DNA of 64,000 nt from assembly GCA_958451915.1 (NCBI GenBank), contig CAUDRX010000001.1, forward strand, positions 31,381 to 95,380. Direction: 5' to 3'. The number at the start of each line of letters is the position of its first letter. Positions within the stretch are counted from its first letter, which is position 1. This DNA is from an uncultured Peptococcaceae bacterium (lineage in GTDB: Bacteria; Bacillota; Peptococcia; Peptococcales; Peptococcaceae). The position numbers and the translations under genes were made by a program. This document shows positions 51,242-61,661 of this stretch, piece by piece. The notes beneath the pieces were generated by a model. That model was given only the letters and a program-made list of their open reading frames with translations, had not been told where the DNA came from and searched no databases.

Positions 51242-54200
51242 ATGAGAAAGAGAAGAAAATGGCTTGCCACGCTGATGACAATCGCTATGCTCGTGACCAT
51301 AATTCCGGCAGGCGCATTCGCACAAGGCGGCGAGGCGGACGGAGTGACGCGGGTTTCGTCAAATCTGGACATTTCTAAATCAAAAACTGCTGAGAATCTT
51401 GATCCAGAAACGATGAACTCAAAGGTGACTTTGTCGTTGCCATCAGAAAGTTATAGCCCATCTGTTGATGTGGTCATGGTGATCGACGTTTCCAGTAGTA
51501 TGAAAGAGACGGATATCACAGAAGCAAAAGCAGCTGCTAATGCAATGTGTGATGAATTAACGGCAAAAGATAAAGTGGATGTTAATGTTGGCGTCGTAAC
51601 ATTTGATAAGACTGCTCATGAGCTAACGAATGGTTTGGTTTCAATCGCAGAGGCTAAGACAGCTATTGATTCTATCGCTGCCTCTTCAGATACGAATATG
51701 ATGGCTGGCTTGATGGCTGGAAAAGCTATGTTGGATGCAGGTACCTCTGATGATAAGTACATGGTTCTGATGAGTGACGGTATTCCGATTTACTGGATGG
51801 AAAATGGGGAGCCAGTAAGTAAAATACTGACCAACTATCGACCAGATAAGGAAACTGTTATTAATTCTATGGCTGCGGGTACTGAACCAGAAGCATCAAA
51901 AAATGAAGAGTACCTTTCCAAAATGATGAGCATCGAAGAGTTATTGAATGCTACGGATTGGGATGCAGATTCGAATGATTGGAAAGTTGTTAGTGATACT
52001 GGGGAAAGTTTTAATCCGGACTATAAATACACCAACATTCAAAAAGCAACCTACAAAACTGCAAAATATCTTCAGGATGAGATCCTTGGTCAGTATAAGA
52101 TGAAAATGGTTGCATTCGGTACTGACAAGTATGAAGATAACGTTGTTTACAAATACGGTGAAGATCTTTGCGACTGGATCGGTGAACAGGAAGGTGTATC
52201 TTATTATAAGATTGCTAAACCTGGATATGGCGGTGAAGCTGGCGAGTTGACTGAAGCTTTTACCGATATTGCCAATGAAATGATCTACGTGGTTGATGCT
52301 GGTTCTACTATCGTTGATGTGATTGGTTCCGGTCAAGAGGGTGATGAGTCTTACAATTTCGATTTTGTCGATAACATTGACAAGCTTGAAATGACGGTCC
52401 AGGGTGAAAATGGCGATCGCCAGGCTATCGCTAAAGTGAAGGATACGACAGCAACGTTGAACGAAAATGAGACGTCTCGCTATAATTTTGGCGATTCCGA
52501 TGAATCGTTAGATGGCGGATATCCATATGTCCTGCACTATTATCAGAACGGACAAGATGGCAATTCTGCCGAATGTTTTGTTTTGGATATCAACGTTCCG
52601 ATTGCTATTGATAATGGCGTTCAATTGTCTTACGAAGTGCATTTAATGAATCCTTCCAGTGTCCCAGGAACTCATGGTACGTATGACAGAGATGGTAGTA
52701 ACGGTGGTACCGCTTTATATACGAATGTCAGCGCAACCCTGAATCCTGTTGATACAAATGGAATTGCAGGCAATCCAGAAGAATTTGGCAAACCAACCGT
52801 TTCCTACACGGTAGAAGAACCGATCCCAGAAGGTACGATCCAGCTCCAGCCTGCGGACATCACCATTTATACCGGCGGTGACGGATATGAGAGTGCCGTC
52901 GATGGCAGCGATGATACGGAGCTTGGAACAACGTCAGATGGTCTGCCTGAACCAGGCTTCTATGTGACATTGCCGGAAGATCTGAATGATTGGATGATCA
53001 AACATGCGGACGATGAAGACAAGACAACTGTTGAAGTGACAAACGAAGATGGAACAAAGACACGACAGACGGTTGTTGACCTGTCCGATTATCTGACTTT
53101 CACTTACAAAGATGATCAGGGTAATAACCGTCTCTGGAAACTGGAACGTTATGATAATACTAATGCCAGCGAAAGTATGGCGTTCAGCAAATACATCTAT
53201 CGCATCCTGCCTGCTCAGGTAGGCGACGAAGAGATCCCTATCCGCCTTCAGTTTACGGATCAGGACGGTGATATCACGACCAGTGATGATTTTACGATCA
53301 ATCTCGATGGTCTTTATCAGGAATATAAAATGACCATCTATCCAGGGGCATTGACACAGCAAAATGTCGAGGCTGTCTTAACAGCTGGCAAAGATGTATC
53401 GACGAATAAGACAGAGGTTGTTCCTGGTGAATTGGTCGTCCGTGGGGTTGTTTCTAATGCAGAAGACCCAACAACAGAGATCACAGATACCACACCAACC
53501 AAGCAGGTTGAAGATGTGACCGCACAGGTGCCGGCTGGCACGATCTATAAGATCAATGAGAGTGAGCTTGCTGTTGAAAATCAAGACGCTGTTCGTCTTT
53601 TGGTTGACAGTGTTGTTCCTGATTCCAACAACACCTTGCAGAATGCTGCTGTGAGCAAATTTGATGATATCACGGCACAGCATGAGTGTGAGATGAACTA
53701 TCTCGACCTCGTTGACACCAGCAATGGTAACGCCTGGGTCACTGCCAGCAACGACGTGACCGTTCACTGGCCGATCCCTGCGGATGCGACCGATGACAGT
53801 GAATTCTACATCGTTCACTATGAAGGGCTGGACCGTAACGACAACACCGCGCTCGACGATGGAGATTATACGCAGGAACTCTATTCCGTAGAGAATGATA
53901 ATCTGAAGATCGAAAACGGCAACCTCACCTTCACCGTCGATTCCTTCTCCCCATTTGCCCTCTTCTACACTGCTGAAGAGCCAGACACACCTGGTGGCGG
54001 CGGCACGGTGATCCCATCCGATCCAGATGATCCGGATCCAGATACCCCGGACCTTAACACCGATGACCACTACTCCTACATCGTCGGTTATCCTGAAGAC
54101 TACCGCACCGGTGAAGCAACGGATGACGAATCCCTCTGGCCAGTCAAGCCACAGGGCAACATCACCCGTGCTGAGGTTGCCACGATCTTCTATCGTCTCC

Positions 54201-54808
54201 TTACCAATGATGCCCGCGATGAGAACTGGACCACGTCCAACAGCTTCACTGACGTGAGTGCCGACAGCTGGTACAATACACCTGTCTCCACCCTCAGCGC
54301 GATGGGTCTTATCGAAGGCTACGAAGACGGCAGCTTCCGTCCGGACAATCCGATCACCCGTGCGGAGTTTGCAGCCATCGCTGGCCGTTTCTTCACCGAT
54401 AACGATGCCATCTATGAACCAGGCACCTTCAGCGACATCGAAGGCGCAGAATGGTTCGCAGATGCTGTTCAGGCGGCTAAAGACCACGACATCATCGGCG
54501 GGTATCCAGATGGCTCCTTCAAGCCAAACAACCCGATCACCCGTGCTGAAGCCTGCTCCATCGTCAACCGTACCACCAAGCGTGTGCCGGATGCTGACCA
54601 TCTCCTCGCCCTCGACGAGATGCGCAACTGGCCAGACAACGCTGATACCAGCGCATGGTACTATGCTGACATGCAGGAAGCCACCAACGGCCACTACTAC
54701 GACTACGTCCTCGATGAGAACGATGAGATCGTGAGAGAAGAGTGGACCAGCGAACGTGCACCGATCGACTGGGAACAGGTGGAAGAAGAACTGGAAGCCA
54801 GTCATTGA
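51242..54808 (+). CDS. 1188-aa surface protein: von Willebrand factor A domain, long beta-rich middle region, three C-terminal SLH domains
   Basis: TAAGGAG precedes ATG 51242. Signal peptide. MIDAS VDVVMVIDVSSSMKE. SLH repeats ..ITRAEVATIFYRLL, FTDVSADSWYNTPV..ITRAEFAAIAGRF and FSDIEGAEWFADAV..ITRAEACSIVNR. Confidence 0.85.
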   Translation: MRKRRKWLATLMTIAMLVTIIPAGAFAQGGEADGVTRVSSNLDISKSKTAENLDPETMNSKVTLSLPSESYSPSVDVVMVIDVSSSMKETDITEAKAAANAMCDELTAKDKVDVNVGVVTFDKTAHELTNGLVSIAEAKTAIDSIAASSDTNMMAGLMAGKAMLDAGTSDDKYMVLMSDGIPIYWMENGEPVSKILTNYRPDKETVINSMAAGTEPEASKNEEYLSKMMSIEELLNATDWDADSNDWKVVSDTGESFNPDYKYTNIQKATYKTAKYLQDEILGQYKMKMVAFGTDKYEDNVVYKYGEDLCDWIGEQEGVSYYKIAKPGYGGEAGELTEAFTDIANEMIYVVDAGSTIVDVIGSGQEGDESYNFDFVDNIDKLEMTVQGENGDRQAIAKVKDTTATLNENETSRYNFGDSDESLDGGYPYVLHYYQNGQDGNSAECFVLDINVPIAIDNGVQLSYEVHLMNPSSVPGTHGTYDRDGSNGGTALYTNVSATLNPVDTNGIAGNPEEFGKPTVSYTVEEPIPEGTIQLQPADITIYTGGDGYESAVDGSDDTELGTTSDGLPEPGFYVTLPEDLNDWMIKHADDEDKTTVEVTNEDGTKTRQTVVDLSDYLTFTYKDDQGNNRLWKLERYDNTNASESMAFSKYIYRILPAQVGDEEIPIRLQFTDQDGDITTSDDFTINLDGLYQEYKMTIYPGALTQQNVEAVLTAGKDVSTNKTEVVPGELVVRGVVSNAEDPTTEITDTTPTKQVEDVTAQVPAGTIYKINESELAVENQDAVRLLVDSVVPDSNNTLQNAAVSKFDDITAQHECEMNYLDLVDTSNGNAWVTASNDVTVHWPIPADATDDSEFYIVHYEGLDRNDNTALDDGDYTQELYSVENDNLKIENGNLTFTVDSFSPFALFYTAEEPDTPGGGGTVIPSDPDDPDPDTPDLNTDDHYSYIVGYPEDYRTGEATDDESLWPVKPQGNITRAEVATIFYRLLTNDARDENWTTSNSFTDVSADSWYNTPVSTLSAMGLIEGYEDGSFRPDNPITRAEFAAIAGRFFTDNDAIYEPGTFSDIEGAEWFADAVQAAKDHDIIGGYPDGSFKPNNPITRAEACSIVNRTTKRVPDADHLLALDEMRNWPDNADTSAWYYADMQEATNGHYYDYVLDENDEIVREEWTSERAPIDWEQVEEELEASH

Positions 54809-54838
54809 CCGATAGCCGGTCTGTCTGAACGCATGAAC

Positions 54839-54872
54839 GAAGCCCTTTGCCTTATGGCAAAGGGCTTTTTTC
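54839..54872 (+). terminator. intrinsic terminator
   Basis: GAAGCCCTTTGCC-ttat-GGCAAAGGGCTTTTTT. Confidence 0.88.
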
Positions 54873-54941
54873 ATGCGCGCGGGTGCGTGGACCGGTTGGT
54901 TTTGGGCAGAGGAAAGCCTTTGCAGAGGCTGCGAAGGGTAC

Positions 54942-54979
54942 AAAAAACAGGGCGTCTGCGCATGCAGACACCCTGCTGT
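54942..54979 (-). terminator. intrinsic terminator of the glcD/glcF-like operon
   Basis: On the minus strand: CAGGGTGTCTGCA-tgc-GCAGACGCCCTG followed by TTTTTT, 12 nt after the stop. Confidence 0.8.
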
Positions 54980-54990
54980 GAAAGATGGCA

Positions 54991-56217
54991 TCAAAGGACC
55001 TGGCTGATGTGCAGCACTTGAAGGTCTTTGTAGCGTTCAAGCTTGCCGAGCTGCATCAGGCAGCTTGGGCATTCGGCGACGACGATGTCGGCACCGGTGG
55101 CTTTGAAGCCTTCGTATTTTTTCTCGAGGACTTTGGTGGAGATGCCTGGAAAATCGATCTGGAAAGTGCCGGCGCCGCCGCAGCACATGGTGGCGTTCTC
55201 GGCTGGGAGATAGGTGACGGCTTTCTCGAGGAGGGCCTGCGGTTCTTTGTGGATGCCCTGGCCGCGGTTGAGGTGGCAGGAGGCGTGGTAGGTGACGCGC
55301 AGGTCTTTGTGTGGGGTTGGCTCGTAGCCGACGGCGTAGAGGTATTCGGACAGACCCATGATCTTTGCGGAGAAGGCGCGGGCTTTTTCTGCCATCTCAG
55401 GGTCGTCGGCGAAAAGCTGGCCGTACTCTTTGAGCATGGCGCCGCAGCTGCCGCAGTCGGTGACGACCAGGTCGTAGTCTGCGAGGATGTCGATGTTGTG
55501 TCTGGCCATCTTTTTGGCGAGAGGGATCATGCCGTGGGACTGCTGGGGCAGGCCGCAGCAATCAACGGCGGGCACTTCGACGCTGCGTCCGGTCTTTTCG
55601 ATGAGGGCGATGGAGGCGTCGGAAGCGTTCTTGAAGAAGAGTTTCATGGCGCAGCCTTTGAAATAGGCGACGCGCTGGACCTGGGAAAGGTCAACACGGC
55701 ACTTTTCCGCAGGTTTGGAAAAGATCGCGGGTCCGGCGTGGCGCATGGCTTCGGGCGCGGTGTGGTTGGCGGGCAGGAGACCGCGGGTGAGACGCGGGAA
55801 CTGCAGGCCCTGGGCGAGCCCGATGAAGGGGCGGCTCACGCTCTTGAGAGGGCCGCTGGACATGAAACCGCCGACGAGGCGGTATTTTGGCGAGAGGCCG
55901 TAGTCCTCGCGCAGCCACTGGCGGATCTCGATCATGGCTTCATCGGTCATGACTTTGCCGGGGCAGACTTCGGTGCAGGCTTTGCAGAGCAGGCAGTAGT
56001 CGAGGGCGTGGCGCAGTTCTTTGGCGCCGCCGTCGAGCTTGCCTTCGAGAAGGGCGCGCACGATGGCGATCTTGCCGCGGGAAGCGGCGCGGTCCTTGTG
56101 GTCGACCTTATAGAGGGGGCAGACGGTGGTGCAGGCGCCGCAGCGGTCGCACTTGTCGACGATGGTGCGGAGTTTCTGATAATGAGGATTGTTTTTGTCG
56201 ATGGTCATTGTCATCAC
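54991..56217 (-). CDS. (Fe-S)-binding oxidoreductase subunit, GlcF/LutA-like (2x[4Fe-4S] plus CCG domains)
   Basis: CDRCGACTTVCP and CLLCKACTEVCP, plus two CCG-type Cys-rich repeats (CCGLPQQ, CCGGAGTF). Confidence 0.82.
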   Translation of the reverse strand: MMTMTIDKNNPHYQKLRTIVDKCDRCGACTTVCPLYKVDHKDRAASRGKIAIVRALLEGKLDGGAKELRHALDYCLLCKACTEVCPGKVMTDEAMIEIRQWLREDYGLSPKYRLVGGFMSSGPLKSVSRPFIGLAQGLQFPRLTRGLLPANHTAPEAMRHAGPAIFSKPAEKCRVDLSQVQRVAYFKGCAMKLFFKNASDASIALIEKTGRSVEVPAVDCCGLPQQSHGMIPLAKKMARHNIDILADYDLVVTDCGSCGAMLKEYGQLFADDPEMAEKARAFSAKIMGLSEYLYAVGYEPTPHKDLRVTYHASCHLNRGQGIHKEPQALLEKAVTYLPAENATMCCGGAGTFQIDFPGISTKVLEKKYEGFKATGADIVVAECPSCLMQLGKLERYKDLQVLHISQVL

Positions 56218-57614
56218 CGCCCGAAGATCTTGCCAGGATTGAGGATATTGTTCGGATCGAGGGCGCGCTTGATCAGGAGGGAAGCGTCGATCTCTTCCTT
56301 TTCCAGCGCCAGTCCGATGTAAGGCTGCTTGGAGACACCGATACCGTGCTCGCCGCTGAGCTTGCCGCCGCAGTCAACGGCTGCCTGGAAGATCTCTTCC
56401 ACGCACTCATGCACTTTTTCCGGCACGCCTGGCTGGCTCATATCACAGAGCAGGGATGGATGCAGGTTGCCGTCACCGGCGTGACCGAAGATGGAGACCT
56501 CGAAGCCATAGCGGGCACAGATCTCGCCGATCATGGTGCAGACGCGGGGCAGCGCGGCGCGCGGCACGGTGATGTCTTCGCCGATACGGTCCGGCGCGAG
56601 GGCTTTGAGGGCGGTGGAGAGCTTGTTGCGCAGGGTCCAGAGGTGTTCGCGCTCGGCATCGTCCTTGGCCAGGGTGAAGCCCAGGGCGCCGCCGGCGCGG
56701 CAGGTGGCTTCGAGGGTGGCCATGTCGCTTTCCACGGCTTCCGTGGTGTTGCCGTCAAGGTCAAAAACAAGCATGGCGCCGACGTCATCGGCGATCGGGA
56801 AGTCGTTGAATTTGGCGGTGGCGATGCAGCTGAGCTTATCCATGAGCTCGGCAGCGGTCGGGGTGACGCCGCTCTTCAGGCATTCGCCGACGGCGGCGCA
56901 GGCGTCCTCAACGCTCCTGAAGGTGGCCATGGCGCTCTTGGTGAAGGCAGGCTTGCCGATGACCTTGAGGGTGGCTTCGGTGATGATGCCGAGGGTGCCT
57001 TCGGAGCCGACGAAGAGCTGGGTCATGTTGTAGCCGGTGACGTTCTTGATGAGTTTGCCGCCGGTGTGGATGACGTCGCCGTTTGCCAGCACGACTTCCA
57101 GGCCGAGGACGTAGTCACTTGTGACACCGTATTTGACGGCGCGGATGCCGCCGGCGTTTTCGGCGATGTTGCCGCCAATGGTGGAATATTTATAAGAAGA
57201 GGGTTCTGGCGGGTAGTAGAGGCCGTGGTCGGCGCAGAATTCGTGCACGTCTTTGGTGAGGACGCCTGGCTGCACGCGCAGGGTGAGGTTCTTTTCGTCG
57301 AGCTCGACGATCTCCTTCATCTCGTCGACGCCGAGGACGATGCCGCCCTGTACAGGGATGACGCCGCCGCTGCGGCCGCTGCCGGTGCCGCGCACGACGA
57401 CAGGGATCTTGTGGGCGTTGGCGTATTTCATGAGAGCGGAGACTTCCGCGGTGGTGTGGGCCTTGCAGACAAAGTCCGGCGTTTCATCCGGATCGAGGGC
57501 TTCCGGCGAGGCGTCGTAGCTGTAGCCGAAGCAGTCGATCGGTTCGTGCAGCACGCGCTCCTTGCCGAAGATCTCGCGCAGGGCCGCGAGGTGTTGTTCC
57601 TTATTTTCTAGCAT
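56214..57614 (-). CDS. FAD-linked oxidase, GlcD / D-lactate dehydrogenase-like
   Basis: Start at MLENKEQHL after GAAAGGAAGG. FAD-binding PCMH domain (IPVVVRGTGSGRSGG) and C-terminal GGKLSGEHGIG. Confidence 0.85.
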   Translation of the reverse strand: MLENKEQHLAALREIFGKERVLHEPIDCFGYSYDASPEALDPDETPDFVCKAHTTAEVSALMKYANAHKIPVVVRGTGSGRSGGVIPVQGGIVLGVDEMKEIVELDEKNLTLRVQPGVLTKDVHEFCADHGLYYPPEPSSYKYSTIGGNIAENAGGIRAVKYGVTSDYVLGLEVVLANGDVIHTGGKLIKNVTGYNMTQLFVGSEGTLGIITEATLKVIGKPAFTKSAMATFRSVEDACAAVGECLKSGVTPTAAELMDKLSCIATAKFNDFPIADDVGAMLVFDLDGNTTEAVESDMATLEATCRAGGALGFTLAKDDAEREHLWTLRNKLSTALKALAPDRIGEDITVPRAALPRVCTMIGEICARYGFEVSIFGHAGDGNLHPSLLCDMSQPGVPEKVHECVEEIFQAAVDCGGKLSGEHGIGVSKQPYIGLALEKEEIDASLLIKRALDPNNILNPGKIFGR

Positions 57615-57788
57615 GGGAACGGTTCCTTCCTTTCTGTTATATAAAACCTTTTCGTGCCTCCTATTATAGCACGCCCCTCGGAAATTGACAGAAGGTGAGC
57701 GCAATTTTTTTCAAAAAGATTGCGTATTTATTCAGCACGCTTTATAATTGTACTATAACAGTCATTAAACCAAAGGAGTTGCATTTTT

Positions 57789-58886
57789 ATGGAGACCCAA
57801 TCCGTTTTCCTTCCATCCTATAGCATCGGCGGTAAAGATGTGTACAAGAAAGTGCCGGACATCTGCCGTCCGTACGGCACCAAGGCCATCGTTATCGGCG
57901 GTGAAAAAGCCATGGCAGCCGCCAAAGAAGACCTGCTCGCCGGCGTGGCTGGCAGCGACATCGAGATCACCGGTTTTCTCAAATATGGCGATGACGTCAC
58001 CTATGAAGCTGCCGACGCCCTCTGTGCCAATCCAGATGTGCAGGCTGCCGATATGATCTTTGCTGTCGGCGGCGGGCGCGCCACCGATACCTGCAAGACT
58101 GCTGCCGACAAGCTCGACAAGCCGCTCTTCACCTTCCCGACGATCGCTTCCAACTGTGCGGCCGTTACCCTTGTCTGCGTCATGCACAAGCCAGACCGCA
58201 GCCTTGCTGGTTTCCATTACCGCAAAGAGCCGGCCAAGCACGCGTTTATCAATCTTGACATCATCTGCAAGGCGCCGCTGGAATACATCTGGGCCGGTAT
58301 CGGTGATGCTTTCAGCAAGGCTTACGAACCACCGTTCTCCGCGATGAACGATGAACTCGATCATTCCAATATGATCGGTGTCGACCTCGCCAAGCACTGT
58401 GGTGAACCGCTCTTCAAATACGCTGTCCAGGCTTACGAAGACTGCAAGAACCACGTGGCCAGTGAAGCGCTGAAGCAGATCGTTCTCAACATCATCATCA
58501 CTGGCGGCATCATCAGCACCCTCATCGAGACTGAGAAATACAACGGCGCCATCCCACATTCCATCTTCTACGGCTCCACACCGATCCCAGCCTGCGAGCA
58601 GAACCACCTGCACGGCGAGATCGTTGCCTATGCATGCCTGCCACAGCTCATGCACGAAGGCCGGATGGAAGACTTTGAGCGCCAGTTCAATATCAACCGT
58701 GCCCTCGGTCTGCCGACCAGTCTTGCTGAGATCGACATCCAGATCGGCACGCCGGATTACGAAAAACTCCTCGATGGTACCATGGCTGACCGCTGCATGC
58801 AGTATCTGCCATATCCGATCAGCCGTGCCGATGTTGACGACGCTATCCGCAAGACCGAAGCTTATCACAATGAGCATGTAAAGTGA
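57789..58886 (+). CDS. iron-containing alcohol dehydrogenase family protein (paralog of 48630-49760)
   Basis: AVGGGRATDTCK, GIGDAFSK, IPHSIFYG and HLHGEIVAYA. Collinear with the other copy over its whole length. Confidence 0.85.
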   Translation: METQSVFLPSYSIGGKDVYKKVPDICRPYGTKAIVIGGEKAMAAAKEDLLAGVAGSDIEITGFLKYGDDVTYEAADALCANPDVQAADMIFAVGGGRATDTCKTAADKLDKPLFTFPTIASNCAAVTLVCVMHKPDRSLAGFHYRKEPAKHAFINLDIICKAPLEYIWAGIGDAFSKAYEPPFSAMNDELDHSNMIGVDLAKHCGEPLFKYAVQAYEDCKNHVASEALKQIVLNIIITGGIISTLIETEKYNGAIPHSIFYGSTPIPACEQNHLHGEIVAYACLPQLMHEGRMEDFERQFNINRALGLPTSLAEIDIQIGTPDYEKLLDGTMADRCMQYLPYPISRADVDDAIRKTEAYHNEHVK

Positions 58887-58896
58887 GAGAACAGAC

Positions 58897-58930
58897 AGCG
58901 CCTCTGGTCATTCGGCCGGAGGCGCTTTTT
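58897..58930 (+). terminator. intrinsic terminator
   Basis: AGCGCCTCTGG-tcattcgg-CCGGAGGCGCTTTTT. Confidence 0.75.
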
Positions 58931-59002
58931 GCGAAAATTGCAACAATCACGATTTCCTATTGGCGCTCCGGCGAGAGACAGCGTATAATATCTATAGTAT
59001 AA

Positions 59003-59875
<873 letters not shown>

Positions 59876-60023
59876 GGTCCATCGTGGATCTCTGCGGGAC
59901 GGCACACGTTCCGTTTGTATGGAGAAAAGAAAAATACTGACGATCGCCAGAAGCCCTCGAGTAGATCATGATGCTCGGGGGCCTTGTTATATGGTTTTCG
60001 GATGGGTGAAGGAGGAAGTGATC

Positions 60024-60998
60024 TTGCAGATCTTTGACGGGCATTCAGACATCTTTACAGACGTACTGCGGCGTCGGCTGGCTGGGGAGAAAGATGTACT
60101 GGCGCGGGTACATCTGCCGCGGCTTCGCGCTGGCGGCATTGAAGGCGGCTGTCTGGTGCTGTGGGTGGACCCGCCGCATACGAACGCGCCCGTGCCGCGC
60201 TTTCGCGCGCTCTGCCAGGCAGTGCGCGAGGAGCTTGCGGCATGCGGGGAAGCGGTGCTGGTGCATAACTGCGGCGAGATCGCTGCGGCCAGGGCACAGG
60301 GGCGTTTCTACATCCTCCTAGGCACCGAAGGGCTGGATGCCATCGGCGAAGATGATGGGCAGATCGATGCCCTCTATGATTTCGGTGTGCGCCACGCCAT
60401 GCTCACCTGGAACAACGACAATGCGCTCGCCGGCGGTGCAAAGGGCGATCCGTCGCGCGGCCTCACGGCAGCGGGGCGGCGTGTGCTGGCGCGGCTGGAA
60501 GCGCGGCACATGCTCGTCGATGTCTCCCATCTGGGGGATGCTTCTTTCTGGGATGTGCTGGGCGCAGTCCACGGCCCTCTGATCGCGTCCCATTCCAATG
60601 CCCGCAGCGTCAACGCTGTGCCGCGCAATCTGGACGATGATCAGCTGCGTGCCATTGCAGCCACCGGCGGCCTTGTCGGGCTCAATGCCTTCAAAGGCTT
60701 TGTCGCTGCCGATGCCGCTCAACAGACCCTTGATACCTTCGTGCGCCACGCAGTGCACATCGCTGAGACCATCGGCACAGCCCACCTGGCCCTCGGCTTT
60801 GATTTCAATGATTACCTGCACCGTGATGCCATGGCAAGCTACAACGATGCGGCCAATCCCAACGTGCCCGGCCTTGAGGACGCCAGCCGTGCACAGGCTT
60901 TTATCACCCGCCTGCGTACAGCCGGTTTCAGTGAAGCCGAGTGTGAAGCCATTGCCTGGCGGAACTGGCACCGCCTTATCGAAACGGTGCTGGGTTAG
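60024..60998 (+). CDS. membrane dipeptidase (peptidase M19)
   Basis: TTG 60024 lies 8 nt after GGAGG and gives MQIFDGHSDIF. Also LTWNNDNALAGG, VDVSHLGD and ASHSNARSV motifs. Confidence 0.82.
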   Translation: MQIFDGHSDIFTDVLRRRLAGEKDVLARVHLPRLRAGGIEGGCLVLWVDPPHTNAPVPRFRALCQAVREELAACGEAVLVHNCGEIAAARAQGRFYILLGTEGLDAIGEDDGQIDALYDFGVRHAMLTWNNDNALAGGAKGDPSRGLTAAGRRVLARLEARHMLVDVSHLGDASFWDVLGAVHGPLIASHSNARSVNAVPRNLDDDQLRAIAATGGLVGLNAFKGFVAADAAQQTLDTFVRHAVHIAETIGTAHLALGFDFNDYLHRDAMASYNDAANPNVPGLEDASRAQAFITRLRTAGFSEAECEAIAWRNWHRLIETVLG

Positions 60999-61044
60999 GA
61001 AACCGATCGATGCGAGACATCTCGCGTTCATTTGAAAGGAGTAT

Positions 61045-61661
61045 ATGACCATGACCATGATCTTTCTGCACGGTTCAGGCCATCAGGCAGCAAGCTGGCG
61101 GGCGACCGTCTCCCGGATGCCGGCAGGTGCGCAGATCCTGCGGCCGAATCTCGCTGCTCTCCTGGAAGGCTAGCCTGCGCGCTTTGAGAATCTTTGCGCC
61201 GCCTTCGCCCGCTACTGCGCGAAGGCAGACACCCCGCTTGATCTCTGCGGCCTTTCGCTTGGCGGCATCCTGGCGCTGGCGTACACGCTGGAACATCCCG
61301 AAAAGATCCGTTCTCTTGCCCTCATCGGTACACCGCATAAGGTGCCAAAGGTTGCTTTCGCTGTGCAGAATGCCGCCTTTCGCATTTTTCCGGCGCAGGT
61401 CTTCCGGACGATGGCATTTGACAAAGCGGACACCTTCGCCCTTGGGGATTCTATGAAGGATCTGGATTTCAGCGCACAGGTGGCACAGATCCACTGTCCA
61501 ACGCTCATTCTTTGCGGCGAAAAGGACCGCGCCAACCTTGCATCTGCGCGTTTCTTTGCTGCACACATCCCCGGGGCCGAATGCGACGTGATCCCCGGCG
61601 TCGGTCATATCGTCAATGAAGAAGCCCCTGAAGCACTGGCCGCACGTCTTGAGACCTTTTA
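61045..61661 (+). pseudogene. alpha/beta-fold hydrolase interrupted by an in-frame TAG
   Basis: MTMTMIFLHGSGHQ..LLEG-TAG(61171-61173)-PARFENL..GLSLGG..CGEKD..GVGHIV..LETFY are all in one frame. The catalytic Ser/Asp/His contexts are intact. No stop occurs in this frame until 62115, deep inside the convergent gene. Confidence 0.7.

Noticed and set aside
50752-54872. The two terminators AAAGCCCTTCGCC..GGCGAAGGGCTTTTTT (50752) and GAAGCCCTTTGCC..GGCAAAGGGCTTTTTT (54839) as members of a dispersed repeat family.
   Set aside because: The similarity is confined to a short GC-rich stem typical of intrinsic terminators, and the flanks are unrelated. It is most likely convergent.
938-57611. Many very long ORFs in the track lie antisense to, or out of frame with, the genes called above. 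Examples: 938-1885(-), 12432-13601(+), 16669-17907(-), 18391-19689(-), 19787-21028(-), 21083-22321(-), 23168-24244(-), 30591-32444(-), 34415-35554(+), 39217-41043(-), 43232-44719(-), 44858-46492(-), 46729-48216(-), 48627-49766(-), 53378-54994(-), 54985-56322(+), 56208-57611(+), 57765-58877(-).
   Set aside because: Their translations are Arg/Ala/Gly/His-rich low-information sequence with no motifs, and they lack Shine-Dalgarno sequences. Each mirrors a gene with clear family motifs on the other strand. These are typical shadow ORFs of GC-rich coding DNA.
61171-61173. In-frame TAG in the hydrolase read as pyrrolysine or programmed read-through.
   Set aside because: There are no pyl genes and no methylamine methyltransferase context in the window. 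A single nonsense mutation or sequencing error is the simpler explanation, so it is reported as a pseudogene.
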